This document shows positions 49,497 to 60,430 of a stretch of DNA of 64,000 bases, one piece after another (the first letter of the stretch is position 1; every line of letters begins with the position of its first letter). The DNA lies in contig CAWKMU010000003.1 of assembly GCA_963850905.1 (NCBI GenBank), forward strand, positions 2,912,001 through 2,976,000. Direction: 5' to 3'. This stretch comes from an uncultured Gemmatimonadales bacterium (GTDB lineage Bacteria; Gemmatimonadota; Gemmatimonadetes; Gemmatimonadales; Gemmatimonadaceae). A program made the position numbers and the translations under genes. The notes below the pieces were generated by a model. It saw only the letters and a program-made list of their open reading frames with translations, ran no database searches and was not told the DNA's origin.

Positions 49497-50417
49497 CTAC
49501 TTCTGGGATTTCGTCCGCCGAAGCGTTTTGAGATGGTTCACCGCAATGGCGTAGGCAAGATCTCGCTCGGCTATTGCACTCGCTTCAGGCTCACCCACGG
49601 CACCAGCATACGCTTTGGCAATGGCATGAATGACGAGCGGAGGATTGTCTTTGAAAACGTAGTGCCCGCTTCCGTAGGCGGTGATGCTCTCCCGATTCGG
49701 CTGGGCAGCCGCAAACTGCTTGTGACAATCCTTCCATCGGACGATATCGGCGCTGTCAGTGAAGGGTGGGTGCTCTGAGACCAGGTCGATCACCGGTATC
49801 GCCGGGGGGAACGTCACCCTTCTCATGATCGCCACGGTCGTCGGCAAATTGGCGGACTGATAATACATGCCGAGGTTCGCCGCTTTCGCTTTGGCCGTAT
49901 CCTCGCTCTTCCTCGCATTCACGAAGTTGCTCAGAAAGGCATCGTCGAACCAACACGCGGTGCTGGCATCGACGAACACCGCCGCTTTCACGAATGTGGG
50001 GTTCCTGGTCGCGTACAGCGTCGCATAGAGACCGCCGTACGAATGCGCGACGAGCACAATGTTGCCGCCGTAGCCCAATTTGCGCAGCCCCGCCTCCAGA
50101 CCCGCGACACCATTGAGTATGCCGTGCTTGGCGATATCGCGCTCATTGGCATCGATCTCGCTCTGGCCGAAGCCGGCCCGATCATACGTGATGAGGGGGG
50201 CGCCAGTAATACCAGCTATCGGATTGAGCAGACTGTCCCATACGGTGCCGTCGTCCCCTCCACCGGCATCAAACAAGATCGGTACGCCGCGCCCCCTCAG
50301 AATGTGAAAATGGAGTCGATACCCTCCCACATCGACCAGTGTATCCGTTGCCTGGCAGCGAGCCGCATGCGTCAGCGGTCCGAAAATGGCGAACGTCATG
50401 AAGAGGTATTTGTGCAT
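49497..50417 (-). CDS. Secreted alpha/beta hydrolase
   Basis: YDRAGFGQS, nucleophile AHSYGG, GSGHYVF. Confidence 0.88.
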   Translation of the reverse strand: MHKYLFMTFAIFGPLTHAARCQATDTLVDVGGYRLHFHILRGRGVPILFDAGGGDDGTVWDSLLNPIAGITGAPLITYDRAGFGQSEIDANERDIAKHGILNGVAGLEAGLRKLGYGGNIVLVAHSYGGLYATLYATRNPTFVKAAVFVDASTACWFDDAFLSNFVNARKSEDTAKAKAANLGMYYQSANLPTTVAIMRRVTFPPAIPVIDLVSEHPPFTDSADIVRWKDCHKQFAAAQPNRESITAYGSGHYVFKDNPPLVIHAIAKAYAGAVGEPEASAIAERDLAYAIAVNHLKTLRRTKSQK

Positions 50418-50565
50418 GATTCGTGAAAGCTAGAGCGCTTCTGGCTGCCGGGCGCCGTCGCGCGACCGTAACCGGCGCGACGCTAGTTCGTCCACCTCGG
50501 GACGATAAAGCGATCGGGAGGCGCCGTTCGCACCGAAAGTGACCTTCACGAGTTACGGAATCCCA

Positions 50566-51219
50566 ATGAACCAATGCTACGCTGTGACGATGAGGCTGCT
50601 GACGGTTGGCTTGGTCTCGATGACCGCCGCGTGCAGTGGGAAGGATGGTGCGGCGGGTGCAACTGGCCCTCAGGGATCTACGGGGACGCAGGGGCCGCCA
50701 GGGCCGGAAGGAAACGCCAACGTGCAGGCGGACACAATGACCCTGACGAACAGTGGGTGGGCGTGGAATTCCCAATATGCGTTCCAGACCTCGCCCACCT
50801 CGTATACCGAGTACTTCACACGCTACCACGATGCGGGCGACACCACGATCACATCTGCCGTTCTGATGCAAGGGATGGTTCTCGTCTACTTCACGCCGTC
50901 CCCCACCACCAGCACGGTCCAGTGGCTGCCCCTTCCGTATCAGTTCACGGATGGCTCTGGCAATTTCAATTACGAGATGACGTTTGAAACGATGCCGGAC
51001 ACGGTCCGTCTCCATTATTTCTTCGTCGCGTTGAACAGCAACCCGATTCCGACCCTGTCGACCTACGACATTCCGACGTACCAGTTCAAGATCGTGGCGG
51101 TGACCGGCACTCTCGCCAATGCGATGCGGGCGAGCCACGTGAATCTGAAGAGCTACGAGGCGGTCAGCAGCTTCATCGCTCGAGCCAAGCGGTCCGAAGA
51201 GGTCCACGTCGGGGCCTGA
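50566..51219 (+). CDS. Lipoprotein with a short collagen-like (GXY)8 segment
   Basis: Lipobox TAAC, GKDGAAGATGPQGSTGTQGPPGPEGNANV, VLVY...WLPLPY. Confidence 0.82.
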   Translation: MNQCYAVTMRLLTVGLVSMTAACSGKDGAAGATGPQGSTGTQGPPGPEGNANVQADTMTLTNSGWAWNSQYAFQTSPTSYTEYFTRYHDAGDTTITSAVLMQGMVLVYFTPSPTTSTVQWLPLPYQFTDGSGNFNYEMTFETMPDTVRLHYFFVALNSNPIPTLSTYDIPTYQFKIVAVTGTLANAMRASHVNLKSYEAVSSFIARAKRSEEVHVGA

Positions 51220-51355
51220 CCCGGCAGCAGATCAGTCGGACGTCAACAGCCGCCCGAGAGGCGGCTGTTGGCGTTTGCGTCTCCATCGCGCGCGGCGATG
51301 CATGAGAGTGGCACACGCGAGGGCTCGCCATGCAATGTGCAAGCCCTCACTTCCC

Positions 51356-52168
51356 TCAGGAGGTCGAGGTCGGCTTCTCCGCGAGATACGCGTACCGCGA
51401 GAGACGTCTCTCGACGGAGAGCGCGTGGACGCATTGCAGGAACCGCTGCAGGCCCTGGAAGTTTGCCTCGCCCTCTCTGGCCACGAGCGCGCCACGGTGG
51501 CGCGCTCGCGCATCGTGCCACCGCGAGGCCACCGCAGCCGCCGCGGCCGTGACATCCTCGACCGCTCGGACCACGAACCCCGCGTCCCGGAGCAGCGCCT
51601 CGTTCGTGCCCGGCGGAACAAAGATGTAGAAGCCGATCGAGCTCCGCGTCGCGATCTCCTCATGCGAGACGGGGCCCGTCACGACCATCGCGTCGGTAAA
51701 GAGCGCGCGCCCGCCAGGTCGCAAAATGCGGTGCCAGTCACGGAGCACCGCGGCGCGATGCGCAATGTGGCACATCGCGTCGTTCGATACGATGGCATCG
51801 AAGCACTCACCCACGAAGGGCAGGGGCTGGCTCGCATCGACCGCTTCGAAGCGGACCCGCTCGGACAGGCCCAGGGCGTCGGCGAGTGCCCTGCCGTTTT
51901 GCACGCCATGCTCGTTGACGTCCACACCGGTCACTCGGCACCCGCGCTTGTCGGCCAAGTACACGGCCGGGCCGCCGGAACCGCTGCCGACCTCGAGAAC
52001 CTCGGTCCCGTCGCTGACACGGAGTTGATCGGCGAACCCGAGCCACTCCTGGGCGGTCATCCAGCTGCTCTGGCCCAAGTCCTCGCCGTACGTCGCCTGC
52101 CGCACTGCGCGCTCGGCGTCGCCGGCAAAGTCGGCGTACACGTTGTCATACAGGTTGACGGAGTTCAT
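51356..52168 (-). CDS. Class I SAM-dependent methyltransferase
   Basis: VLEVGSGSGG, VTGVD, FDAIVS, LRPGG. Confidence 0.9.
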   Translation of the reverse strand: MNSVNLYDNVYADFAGDAERAVRQATYGEDLGQSSWMTAQEWLGFADQLRVSDGTEVLEVGSGSGGPAVYLADKRGCRVTGVDVNEHGVQNGRALADALGLSERVRFEAVDASQPLPFVGECFDAIVSNDAMCHIAHRAAVLRDWHRILRPGGRALFTDAMVVTGPVSHEEIATRSSIGFYIFVPPGTNEALLRDAGFVVRAVEDVTAAAAAVASRWHDARARHRGALVAREGEANFQGLQRFLQCVHALSVERRLSRYAYLAEKPTSTS

Positions 52169-52367
52169 CGACCCAACTCCTCCGTAAAGGTCCCGGGGGC
52201 ATGCCTAGCCCCAATATATCTTTATCGTCGCACCGCCTCCGCGGCGCCGCGTGCTCAGCGAGGTTCTCCGCCCGCTGATTCCGTCGGTGGTCATTCATAT
52301 CTTTGTGGTACCGGGGTGTCGCGTTGCGATGACGAGTGGTCCCACCCAAGAAACGAGGCGACTGCCG

Positions 52368-52985
52368 ATGGCTGTTCAGGTGCGCGACATCGTAAAGGCC
52401 GTTGACGCCGCGATCGCCTTCTACAGAATGCTGAACCGCATCGGACGGACGAGGTCACCAATCATCACTGGCATTGCGCTCGTCGCCGCGGTCTCCACCG
52501 TGTTAGGAGCGCGTCGGCACGCCGTGGCCCCAGCCCCGGCGCCGACGTGCACGCGGCCTGAGTATCACCAGTTTGACTTCTTCCTTGGCGACTGGGATGT
52601 GTACGATGTCGGCGCGTCAACCGTGAAGGCGCACAACGCCGTCACGCGCATGCTGGCCGGGTGTGCCGTGAGGGAGGTGTATCGTCGGGCAGACGGTTAC
52701 GCGGGAGAGAGCTTCAGCATGTACGACGCGCCGCGTGGTCGCTGGCACCAAAGCTGGGTCACAAATCGCGGAGAGCTGTTGCTGCTCGATGGAGGATTGA
52801 AGGATGGGACCATGGTGCTCACAGGATCTGAGGCAGCCGCAAATGGCGCTGCTTCGTTGATCCGGGGCGTCTGGCTGCCCGAGGATGACGGCTCAGTGCG
52901 CGAGACGGCGAAACGGTCGACCGACGGCGGGAAGTCGTGGACTCCCGAGTTCGACATTGTGATGCGACGAGCCGCGCGACGGTAA
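52368..52985 (+). CDS. Hypothetical exported protein (DUF1579-like), preceded in frame by a VOC-like N-terminal fragment; alternative start 52428
   Basis: C..PEYHQFDFFLGDWDV, WHQSWV, STDGGKSW. Confidence 0.7.
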   Translation: MAVQVRDIVKAVDAAIAFYRMLNRIGRTRSPIITGIALVAAVSTVLGARRHAVAPAPAPTCTRPEYHQFDFFLGDWDVYDVGASTVKAHNAVTRMLAGCAVREVYRRADGYAGESFSMYDAPRGRWHQSWVTNRGELLLLDGGLKDGTMVLTGSEAAANGAASLIRGVWLPEDDGSVRETAKRSTDGGKSWTPEFDIVMRRAARR

Positions 52986-53031
52986 GCCGACGAATTCGCC
53001 CCAGTTGCAAGCTTCCGAGATTAGCGACTGG

Positions 53032-54285
53032 TTAGAACGCCTCGTTGAGTCCCAGCCACAGACCGTGGGAGCCGTCTTTGCCCCAGCCGAAGTCGAACCG
53101 CACGTTTTGGTCGGTCACCTTGTTGAACTTGAGTCGGAGACCGAGACCGTACCCTGGATCGAGCGAACTCAATCGTTGGTCAGTCGGGTTCGCGAAACTG
53201 CTTACGTTGAGGAAGAACGCCAGTCCAATCAGGCCGTTGGCCGTCACTGGCATCCGCTCCTCGCCCTCTCCGTACACGAACTGCGACCCGCGGATCCGTC
53301 CCTGAGGGTACCCGCGTCCCACGAGGGCATTTTGGTCCCATCCGATCGCCGGCAGCTCCATGTACGGCGGACGCCCCACTGTCAACCAATCGTAGTTGCG
53401 CAGTGCCAGAATCCCCGGCCACCATTTGGCCGGATGAAGGTACATCCGCAGATCGACGACCATCGTCGCCCAGTCCGATGAGCTGCCAAGCCACGTCGGA
53501 TACCCGACAATCCTCACCCCCAAGTACGAGCCAGAAGTGGCGTTAATCGGGTTGTTGCGACTGTCATGCAGCGCGGCCACCTCAGGCCCAGTCGCGACCG
53601 TTTGCGTGACAGGCTGCCCATTGTTATAGGCGAGAAATGGTGTGACATGCCCGGCGGTGTCGGCCTTGTCATCGATGCGGACGTAGGCGTCGTAGTCATA
53701 CCCGCCGCCCACATAGAGATGCGGGCCGATTCTCTTCATCAGCGCCTGCTGGAATCGAACCAGGTCAAAATCCATGTTGCTCTGATTCGCCGTCGGCTGA
53801 ATGCCGCCGAGCCCGTACGTGGGCTGACTGGTGTTGAGGTAGCGCCAGTCAGCCTGGAAGAGCAGCCTGTTGTTGCGCGTGTAGACTGAGCCGTAGGTCT
53901 GCACGCCAAACTGTTTAAGCGCAGTGAAGAAGGCGAGGCTGCTGATGACTGACAGCGTCGTGCCGGGCGCCTGCCCCGCGCCGAACGACACCGCCGAGAC
54001 GACGCCGAGCAGCAGGCCAGTCGTGGGTGTCACGGAAATCGCGGGCAGAAGGGCAATGTGAAACCCCGCTATCTGCGCGGGCGTGATGACGGCGGTGTTA
54101 GGCGGTTTCCCAAGGATGCGCGAGATCAGATCCAGGACATCGACCTGCGGAACGCCCGAAGTCGAGTCCGCTCTTGCCGTCGTGTCCGCTGACTGAGCGG
54201 CGACACGACGGATTGGGGCGAGCGCGAGAGCGATTGCCAGGCTCGCCGCCAAGCAACGCTTTACCCAAGCGTCTAGTTCGGGCAC
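53032..54285 (-). CDS. BamA/TamA (Omp85-like) barrel protein without evident POTRA domains
   Basis: GRGYPQGRIRG lid motif, GYGLGLRL, RFDFGWG, C-terminal NEAF. Confidence 0.8.
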   Translation of the reverse strand: MPELDAWVKRCLAASLAIALALAPIRRVAAQSADTTARADSTSGVPQVDVLDLISRILGKPPNTAVITPAQIAGFHIALLPAISVTPTTGLLLGVVSAVSFGAGQAPGTTLSVISSLAFFTALKQFGVQTYGSVYTRNNRLLFQADWRYLNTSQPTYGLGGIQPTANQSNMDFDLVRFQQALMKRIGPHLYVGGGYDYDAYVRIDDKADTAGHVTPFLAYNNGQPVTQTVATGPEVAALHDSRNNPINATSGSYLGVRIVGYPTWLGSSSDWATMVVDLRMYLHPAKWWPGILALRNYDWLTVGRPPYMELPAIGWDQNALVGRGYPQGRIRGSQFVYGEGEERMPVTANGLIGLAFFLNVSSFANPTDQRLSSLDPGYGLGLRLKFNKVTDQNVRFDFGWGKDGSHGLWLGLNEAF

Positions 54286-54429
54286 GAGATCTCCTGAAGC
54301 AGCTGGCGATCAGGCCGTTCGCTGCCCCTCGATCAGGGTAGGGGCTGCCGGTTGGAGCGACCAGTGCCCTTTGGGCTAGGAAAGCGCCCGCCAATCTCCA
54401 GCGCGATGCTGTGTGGGCACAGGCGCGGT

Positions 54430-55851
54430 CTAGAACGCGTAGCTGAAGGCGATCGCGGTGACGACGTTCACATAGCTCTCGTTGAGCGGCGGCAGCGCCG
54501 GGAGGCCGGCAGCAGGTGCCGCGAGCAAGTTCACGTTGTTCTCTGAACCCCACGACGTGTCGAAGCCCAGGATGAGTGCGGCGGGGCCGATCTTGCCCTG
54601 CACACCCAGATTGATGTGCCGCAGGTCCCAGTTGATGAGTGTCCCGACCGGCCTCACGCCCGGCGGGATCGACGTGAGATCTGTGCGATAAGCCAGGAAT
54701 ACATCGAAATGATTGGAGAGCTGCTGTCGAGCACCCACCCCCCAGTTGAACAGGGAGCGATACTGCGCCGTGAGCGCCATCGAGATCGGCGCACCACCGG
54801 TCTGCGGCACAAACGGCAGCGCGGGGATGATCGTGAACTTCGGCACCGCTGCGAACCACTCGGCTGACACACCGAGGTCCGTACCTCCCCAATGGTGACC
54901 GACGCCGGCACCAACGGAGAGCGCCGAATAGTATGTCGCACTCAGCTGCGACTGATAGTTCGTCGCGACCTGGGACGTAGGCGCGCCGGTGCTCACACCC
55001 TGGTCGATGTACGATTGAGTCGCGCCCACTTGTGAGCCGCCGAAGAGGTCGAGCCGGGGCGTCGTGACCGTCAACCCGGCCGACCAGCCGGCGTCCTTGT
55101 ACTGAACGCCCGCCTTGAGCAGCACCGCCCAGTTGTAGTAGGAGAAGTCGTATTCGTTGGTGCCGATCGCGCTCTCACCAGTCTCGTTGACAGCCTGTGC
55201 GCTCAGTGACTGCGAGTAGGTCTGGCTGCGCACCGCCACGAAGAGGCTCGAGCCGAATCCCCAGTGGGTGCCACTGGCTGTTGCGTAGGTGAGCCCCACC
55301 CACGTCTCACTCAGCGATTGGTTGGCCAGCACATTGCCGACCGACGAGGTGACCGGGACCGGCGGCGGCGGAGCGAAGCTGTCGAGCGGAATGGCACGGA
55401 TCTGCGCGCCGAAGTTGTACCCCTGGCGCGTCAGCAGGGAGTAGGCGAGCCGCTGCGGCGAGTCCTTCCCTCCAATGCGGATGGCGCCCGCAAACATGTT
55501 GGGCAGGGCGCTCCAGCTCGAGTTGGTGGGGATCTTCATGGGAACCTGGGCGGTCGAGAAGGAGAGCGTCGAGTACTGCAGCGCGTTGAGCGAGACAAGG
55601 AGCTGGACGTCCTTCTCGAGGCCCAGGGCGCCGGGGTTGTAAAACACGCTGCTGATGTCGTGATCGTTACCGATTACCGTGCCGCCAAGCAGCCTGGATT
55701 GGGTGCCGTACGCCGCCGCCCAATACTGGGTGTCCTGCGCGGCCAACCGCCCGGCGGAGACACCAAGTCCGAGCGCAATTGCCAACGTGAATGCGCCTCG
55801 CGTGCTGCGACAGCCCAGGGACGGCGACACGGGCTGATAGTCTAGCGACAT
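54430..55851 (-). CDS. FadL/OmpP1-like outer membrane beta-barrel
   Basis: Signal peptide, SSVFYNPGAL hatch motif, terminal FSYAF. Confidence 0.65.
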   Translation of the reverse strand: MSLDYQPVSPSLGCRSTRGAFTLAIALGLGVSAGRLAAQDTQYWAAAYGTQSRLLGGTVIGNDHDISSVFYNPGALGLEKDVQLLVSLNALQYSTLSFSTAQVPMKIPTNSSWSALPNMFAGAIRIGGKDSPQRLAYSLLTRQGYNFGAQIRAIPLDSFAPPPPVPVTSSVGNVLANQSLSETWVGLTYATASGTHWGFGSSLFVAVRSQTYSQSLSAQAVNETGESAIGTNEYDFSYYNWAVLLKAGVQYKDAGWSAGLTVTTPRLDLFGGSQVGATQSYIDQGVSTGAPTSQVATNYQSQLSATYYSALSVGAGVGHHWGGTDLGVSAEWFAAVPKFTIIPALPFVPQTGGAPISMALTAQYRSLFNWGVGARQQLSNHFDVFLAYRTDLTSIPPGVRPVGTLINWDLRHINLGVQGKIGPAALILGFDTSWGSENNVNLLAAPAAGLPALPPLNESYVNVVTAIAFSYAF

Positions 55852-56184
55852 CGCGATCTAATCAGGATTCGCCTTTGGCCCCCCACCGGCGAGACTGCCA
55901 CGCATTCGTGCCGGCACGCTGACCGCAAGGCGACGTGGAGGTCGCTCGCTGGCGTGGTGCGCCGACCTCGAGCGGCGAACGGCTCCGGTTCAGGCGGTGG
56001 CGAGCGAGACAAGACGCTCATGCCGACCTTCTTATCCGTGGCATTTCTTAGGCATGGTCGGGCCCGCCGGGCGAGGAGGCTAGCGAGTACGAAGACCTTC
56101 GGACCCGCGCGTGATGTGAACCAAAGACGACGCGCATCGCTCGGCGACATCGACCAGTATCACAAGACCGTGTCGCTCCGCCAA

Positions 56185-56982
56185 GTGTCACGCCTCGCGG
56201 GTCTCGCGCTGGTGGCGATCGATGTGGCGTCGCTGGTGGCCCAAGGCCCTCCAATGTCGACGCGGCCGCCGGGCAAACCGGACTCCACGATTCGACCGTC
56301 GCCGACGAAATCGCAGAAGAAAGAGCCTCCGCCCTGGGTCCAGTTCCGTGCCGACCTGGGATACGTTGACGCGTCCGGCAATTCCAGTGTCGGCACGCTC
56401 AGCATCTCTGACGCCGTGCGCCTGTGGACCAGTCACTCGAACAAGGTCAGCCAGGACTTCGGCCTCACGTACGGTACGAACGAAGGCGTAGTGGAAACCA
56501 ACTTGTGGACTGCTGACCTCCAAGACGCGTATACGATCACCAAGGCCATCGGGTTGTATGGCGTCTTCTCGTTTGATCGCAATCCTTTTGCTGGCATCGA
56601 CTACCGCTTCGAGCAGGGGGTCGGCGCCGAGTTGGTCGCCGTGAACAGTGGGCGAAACCGGCTGGATTTCGACGTGGGTCCATCGTATGTGGAGCGGCGA
56701 TCGACGGCCAACGTGGAGTTGCGGTACCCTGCCGGACGAGGGGCGGTCGTATATCGGTACACGTTCGCCAAGAGTGCCTACTTCGAGCAATCAGTTGTAA
56801 CCCTTTCTGATCTCACGCGAATCGCGAACTCCCTGGTCAACTCGCAAACGATTCTCGCAGCGCCTCTCTCGAAACACGTCTCCATTAAGGCCAGATATGA
56901 AATCCGCTATTCCAGCGAGCCCCCGCCGGGTTTCAAGACGACGGACCGGATACTGACCACGAGCCTGCAGTTCAACATCTAG
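56185..56982 (+). CDS. DUF481-family outer membrane beta-barrel (start approximate)
   Basis: LGYVDASGNS, RNPFAGIDYR, KTTDRILTTSLQFNI. Confidence 0.75.
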   Translation: MSRLAGLALVAIDVASLVAQGPPMSTRPPGKPDSTIRPSPTKSQKKEPPPWVQFRADLGYVDASGNSSVGTLSISDAVRLWTSHSNKVSQDFGLTYGTNEGVVETNLWTADLQDAYTITKAIGLYGVFSFDRNPFAGIDYRFEQGVGAELVAVNSGRNRLDFDVGPSYVERRSTANVELRYPAGRGAVVYRYTFAKSAYFEQSVVTLSDLTRIANSLVNSQTILAAPLSKHVSIKARYEIRYSSEPPPGFKTTDRILTTSLQFNI

Positions 56983-56990
56983 CGGGCGGG

Positions 56991-57827
56991 TTACGGGTTT
57001 CGCGTTCCTGTGGAAGCAGCGGGCCCGCGCCGCAGAGTAAGAGCCAACGCGATGCCAAGGACAACCATGCCGATGCAGAGAAGCTGACCCATGCTGAGCG
57101 GGCCGAGGACGAACCCCAGCTGCGCGTCCGGCTCTCGTGTGAACTCGAGGAGGAAACGGGTCACGCCGTATAGGAGGAGAAACGCAGCCGTCAGCGTGCC
57201 CGGGCGATACCATCCGGAGGCATGGCTGCGCCGGTCAATCCACCAGACGATCCCGGCCACGAACAGACCCTCGCCGACGGCCTCGTAGAGTTGTGATGGA
57301 TGTCGGGGCAGCTGTGTCGGATCGGTCGGAAAGATCATTGCCCAGGGCACGTTGGTGACGCGGCCGTAGAGCTCCGCGTTGATGAAGTTCCCGATCCGAC
57401 CGAAGAACAGGCCGGGCGCTCCACATACAGCGATCGTATCGACAACACCCAGCCACGGCAGCTTCTCGCGGTGCGCGAACACAGCGCTGGCGACGGTCAT
57501 CCCGAGGATCGCTCCGTGAAACGAGAGACCGCCATGCCAGATCCGCAGCGCCTCCAACGGGTCGTGCCGGAGATCGAGGCGCCCGTAGACGAGGATGTAC
57601 ACGACGCGTGCGCCGACGAGCATGCCGATCATGGCGTAGACCAAAAGGTTGTCGATCTGCGGACGCGTGAGCAGCGAGCGGCCCCGCCGGATGCGGTGGC
57701 GTGCCAACACGTCGCCGACCATGTAGCCGATGACGTACATCACCGCGTACCACCGAATGCGGATCGGGCCGATGTGGAGGATGTCGGGCGAGATACGCGG
57801 AAAGCGGAGAGTCCGGGGCAGTAGCAA
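56991..57827 (-). CDS. lgt: Prolipoprotein diacylglyceryl transferase (start approximate)
   Basis: IRWYAVMY, WHGGLSFHG, GRIGNFINAELYGR, RHPSQLYE, RFLLEFTREPD. Confidence 0.95.
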   Translation of the reverse strand: MLLPRTLRFPRISPDILHIGPIRIRWYAVMYVIGYMVGDVLARHRIRRGRSLLTRPQIDNLLVYAMIGMLVGARVVYILVYGRLDLRHDPLEALRIWHGGLSFHGAILGMTVASAVFAHREKLPWLGVVDTIAVCGAPGLFFGRIGNFINAELYGRVTNVPWAMIFPTDPTQLPRHPSQLYEAVGEGLFVAGIVWWIDRRSHASGWYRPGTLTAAFLLLYGVTRFLLEFTREPDAQLGFVLGPLSMGQLLCIGMVVLGIALALTLRRGPAASTGTRNP

Positions 57828-58212
57828 CGTCAGTCCTGATATAGGGCCGCAACGCATTGTCGCCACGCGCTCGGCCACGGGGCGACTCACGGGAGGTTGT
57901 TCGGCAAGCAACACATCGGGCGTCGAGGGCGCCGGCAGAAGCTGGCATGTCAGAGCACACGACCGCAGGACTTGGAATGTACGGACGTGCATCGACGGTT
58001 GGCAGCGCGGCCAATGTGCGGTCGACGCAACGCGTCGAGTGGATCCGAACGGCCGATGAATGGTGGCGCGCCTCTTCACCGCGTCCTCGCCCGCACGTCC
58101 CGTGCGGCCACCCCCATGGCGTCACGTTCCTCGGCAGTGCACGCTCGCGACCGGCCGGTTGTGCGTCACAATGCCTGTGTTGTGATTGTGACGCGGCATT
58201 AGTCGTCGACGG

Positions 58213-59115
58213 ATGATGAGAGTGCCTCGCTGGACTCACCACCTCCGTCGTGTCGCGCGTGTGTCCGGGTGCACGCTCGTCGTCGTCCCCGACGGCAGTG
58301 ATGCCCCACTTACCGTTCACATCTCGGGGCGAGCGGCGCACGCGTTGGGCGTCTGCTTGGTCGTAGCGGGGGTGCTGCTCGGCGCGGCCGTTCTATCGAT
58401 TGGTCTGGATTTGACTGGCCATTCTCCGTTCGCCGCCGCTGGCGTGCGGCGCCAGGCTCGCGTGCTATCGTCGCTCCGCGCGCAGGTCCTGACACTTCGG
58501 GACACCGTGGCTCGCCTGGCCGCACGCGAGACGGAAATTCGCACGCTCGCTGGACTCGAGACGGTAGATTCCCTGATGGCCGTCGATTCGACGTCGACCG
58601 CGATGCCGGCTGGCGACATCGATGCGCTCATCGAGCGAGCGTCAACCCTGGCGACCAGATTTGCGGAGGCCTCGGCCGCGCTCCATCGCGATGTGGACCG
58701 GGCTGCCCGCACGCCGTCCATCATGCCGACGACGGGATGGCTGTCGAGTCAGTTCTCTCTGAGTCGATTCCACCCCATCCTCCACATCAACCGACCACAT
58801 GAAGGCATCGACATTGCGGCTCCCTACGGCATGCCGGTGGTCGCACCCGCCGCCGGGACGGTGTCACGGATCACGGTCCAGAATGGGTATGGGCTCGTCC
58901 TGGAACTCGACCACGGCAACGGTATCATGACGAAATACGCTCACCTGTCGCGAACATTGGTCCGCGCCGGGCAGCGGGTAATCCGAGGCGATCCGATCGC
59001 GGCTGTCGGCAACAGCGGCCTGTCCACGGGGCCACACCTGCACTATGAGGTCCACGTCAACGGGAAAGTGGTCAATCCGCTGACCTATGTGCTGCCCGAA
59101 TCGATTCCTAACTGA
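58213..59115 (+). CDS. M23-family metallopeptidase with TM helix and coiled coil
   Basis: HEGIDIAA, YAHLS, STGPHLHYEV. Confidence 0.92.
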   Translation: MMRVPRWTHHLRRVARVSGCTLVVVPDGSDAPLTVHISGRAAHALGVCLVVAGVLLGAAVLSIGLDLTGHSPFAAAGVRRQARVLSSLRAQVLTLRDTVARLAARETEIRTLAGLETVDSLMAVDSTSTAMPAGDIDALIERASTLATRFAEASAALHRDVDRAARTPSIMPTTGWLSSQFSLSRFHPILHINRPHEGIDIAAPYGMPVVAPAAGTVSRITVQNGYGLVLELDHGNGIMTKYAHLSRTLVRAGQRVIRGDPIAAVGNSGLSTGPHLHYEVHVNGKVVNPLTYVLPESIPN

Positions 59116-59147
59116 GCGCCGCTAGGCGAGTCAGCCACGCGGCGGGT

Positions 59148-59900
59148 TCAGGCGAAGCGTGCGGCGACCGCGGTTGCCGCGAGCGCGAGGGCGGCGAGTC
59201 CCAGCCGTCGGACCCGATCAGCACGCGACGGGGCGTCCAGGATCGCGCTCGGCGCAACAGACACAGCGATGTAGAGAAATGTCCCGGCGGCGACGGGGAG
59301 CAGGGTCGTGGCGGCGCCGGCCGTGCGCGCGCCAATGCGGAGCGTGAGTGCCGCGCTCGCCACAGCGGCAATTCCGGTGAGCCCGTTATACCACACGGCC
59401 CGCCGCACGGACAGGCCGCCGTGCATGAACACCCCGAAGCTGCCGAGCTCGCGCGGGATCTCATGCAGCACGATCGCGAGCGTCGTCACGACGCCAACGG
59501 TCGGCGTGGTCAGAAACGCGGCGGCGATGATGCTGCCGTCGACGGCATTGTGCAGGACATCGCCGATGAAGTTGAGCGCGACGATCGGATGGGTCGGGCG
59601 AGGCGAGTGGCGGGCGTCCTGGCTCTGGGCTGCACGGTGGAGTCCCCGTTCCAGCAGCCAGAACCCGGCGAACCCCGCCACGACGCCGGCGGCGATCACG
59701 CCATACCCAGCGTGACGTGCGATGGCTTCCGGGATCAGCTCGAAGAGCGCGCCGCCGGCGACCGCGCCCGCGGCGAGGCTCGTCAAGAGGGGCACCCACG
59801 CCCGCACGCGCCGCTCGTCGACGCCGAGAGTCAGGAGCCCAAGCAGCGAGAGTGCGCTGACGCCGACGACGGCGAGGCCAGTGTTTACGGCGGCTGACAC
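59148..59900 (-). CDS. ZIP-family metal transporter
   Basis: LIPEA, GDVLHNAVDG, LHEIPRELG, AAGTFLYIA. Confidence 0.9.
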   Translation of the reverse strand: MSAAVNTGLAVVGVSALSLLGLLTLGVDERRVRAWVPLLTSLAAGAVAGGALFELIPEAIARHAGYGVIAAGVVAGFAGFWLLERGLHRAAQSQDARHSPRPTHPIVALNFIGDVLHNAVDGSIIAAAFLTTPTVGVVTTLAIVLHEIPRELGSFGVFMHGGLSVRRAVWYNGLTGIAAVASAALTLRIGARTAGAATTLLPVAAGTFLYIAVSVAPSAILDAPSRADRVRRLGLAALALAATAVAARFA

Positions 59901-60430
59901 CCGCCTCCAGCCCGCGTGGTCACGGTGACATCGACGAGGGATTCACTGCGTCGGACGGTCGCCGGATTGGCGCCGGTTGGCAACCCGACAGCGACGAACG
60001 GTCCGCCATGTCCGATAAACGGGCATTGGGCTCCCCTCTGACACGCGTACGTCGGGTGGCCCGGGGTCCCTGCATTTGGCCGCGAGCCCGCACCGTCTAC
60101 CTAGGCTATCCGCCGGTCGTGCGGCAAATGCGTTCGTTCATTGGATTCGCCTAGGCGACTTGATCGCTGGACGGCACGCATTCATGACCCGCATCCGCAC
60201 ACCGGGATGCGCAGCGATCGGCGGGCGCTCATGAGGGAGAGCGCCTGCAAGCGACCACGCAACTAGAACCTGTTACGTTGGGCCTTTTGCATGTCGATAG
60301 CGGTCCGCCTCCCGCAGCTTGTGTCGCTCGCTCCTCATTCAGGCCGCTCAATCAAAGCGTGAGCCGATCGCGTGTAGGAGGCGTAGCGCGGCGCAGCCAG
60401 CACTCCGGCGGTGGCGGCGCGTCGGCGTCA

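Noticed and set aside
59901..60430. Intergenic region between the ZIP and HEAT genes as a metal riboswitch or Zur box
   Set aside because: I could not identify NiCo, yybP-ykoY or Fur/Zur consensus elements by eye.
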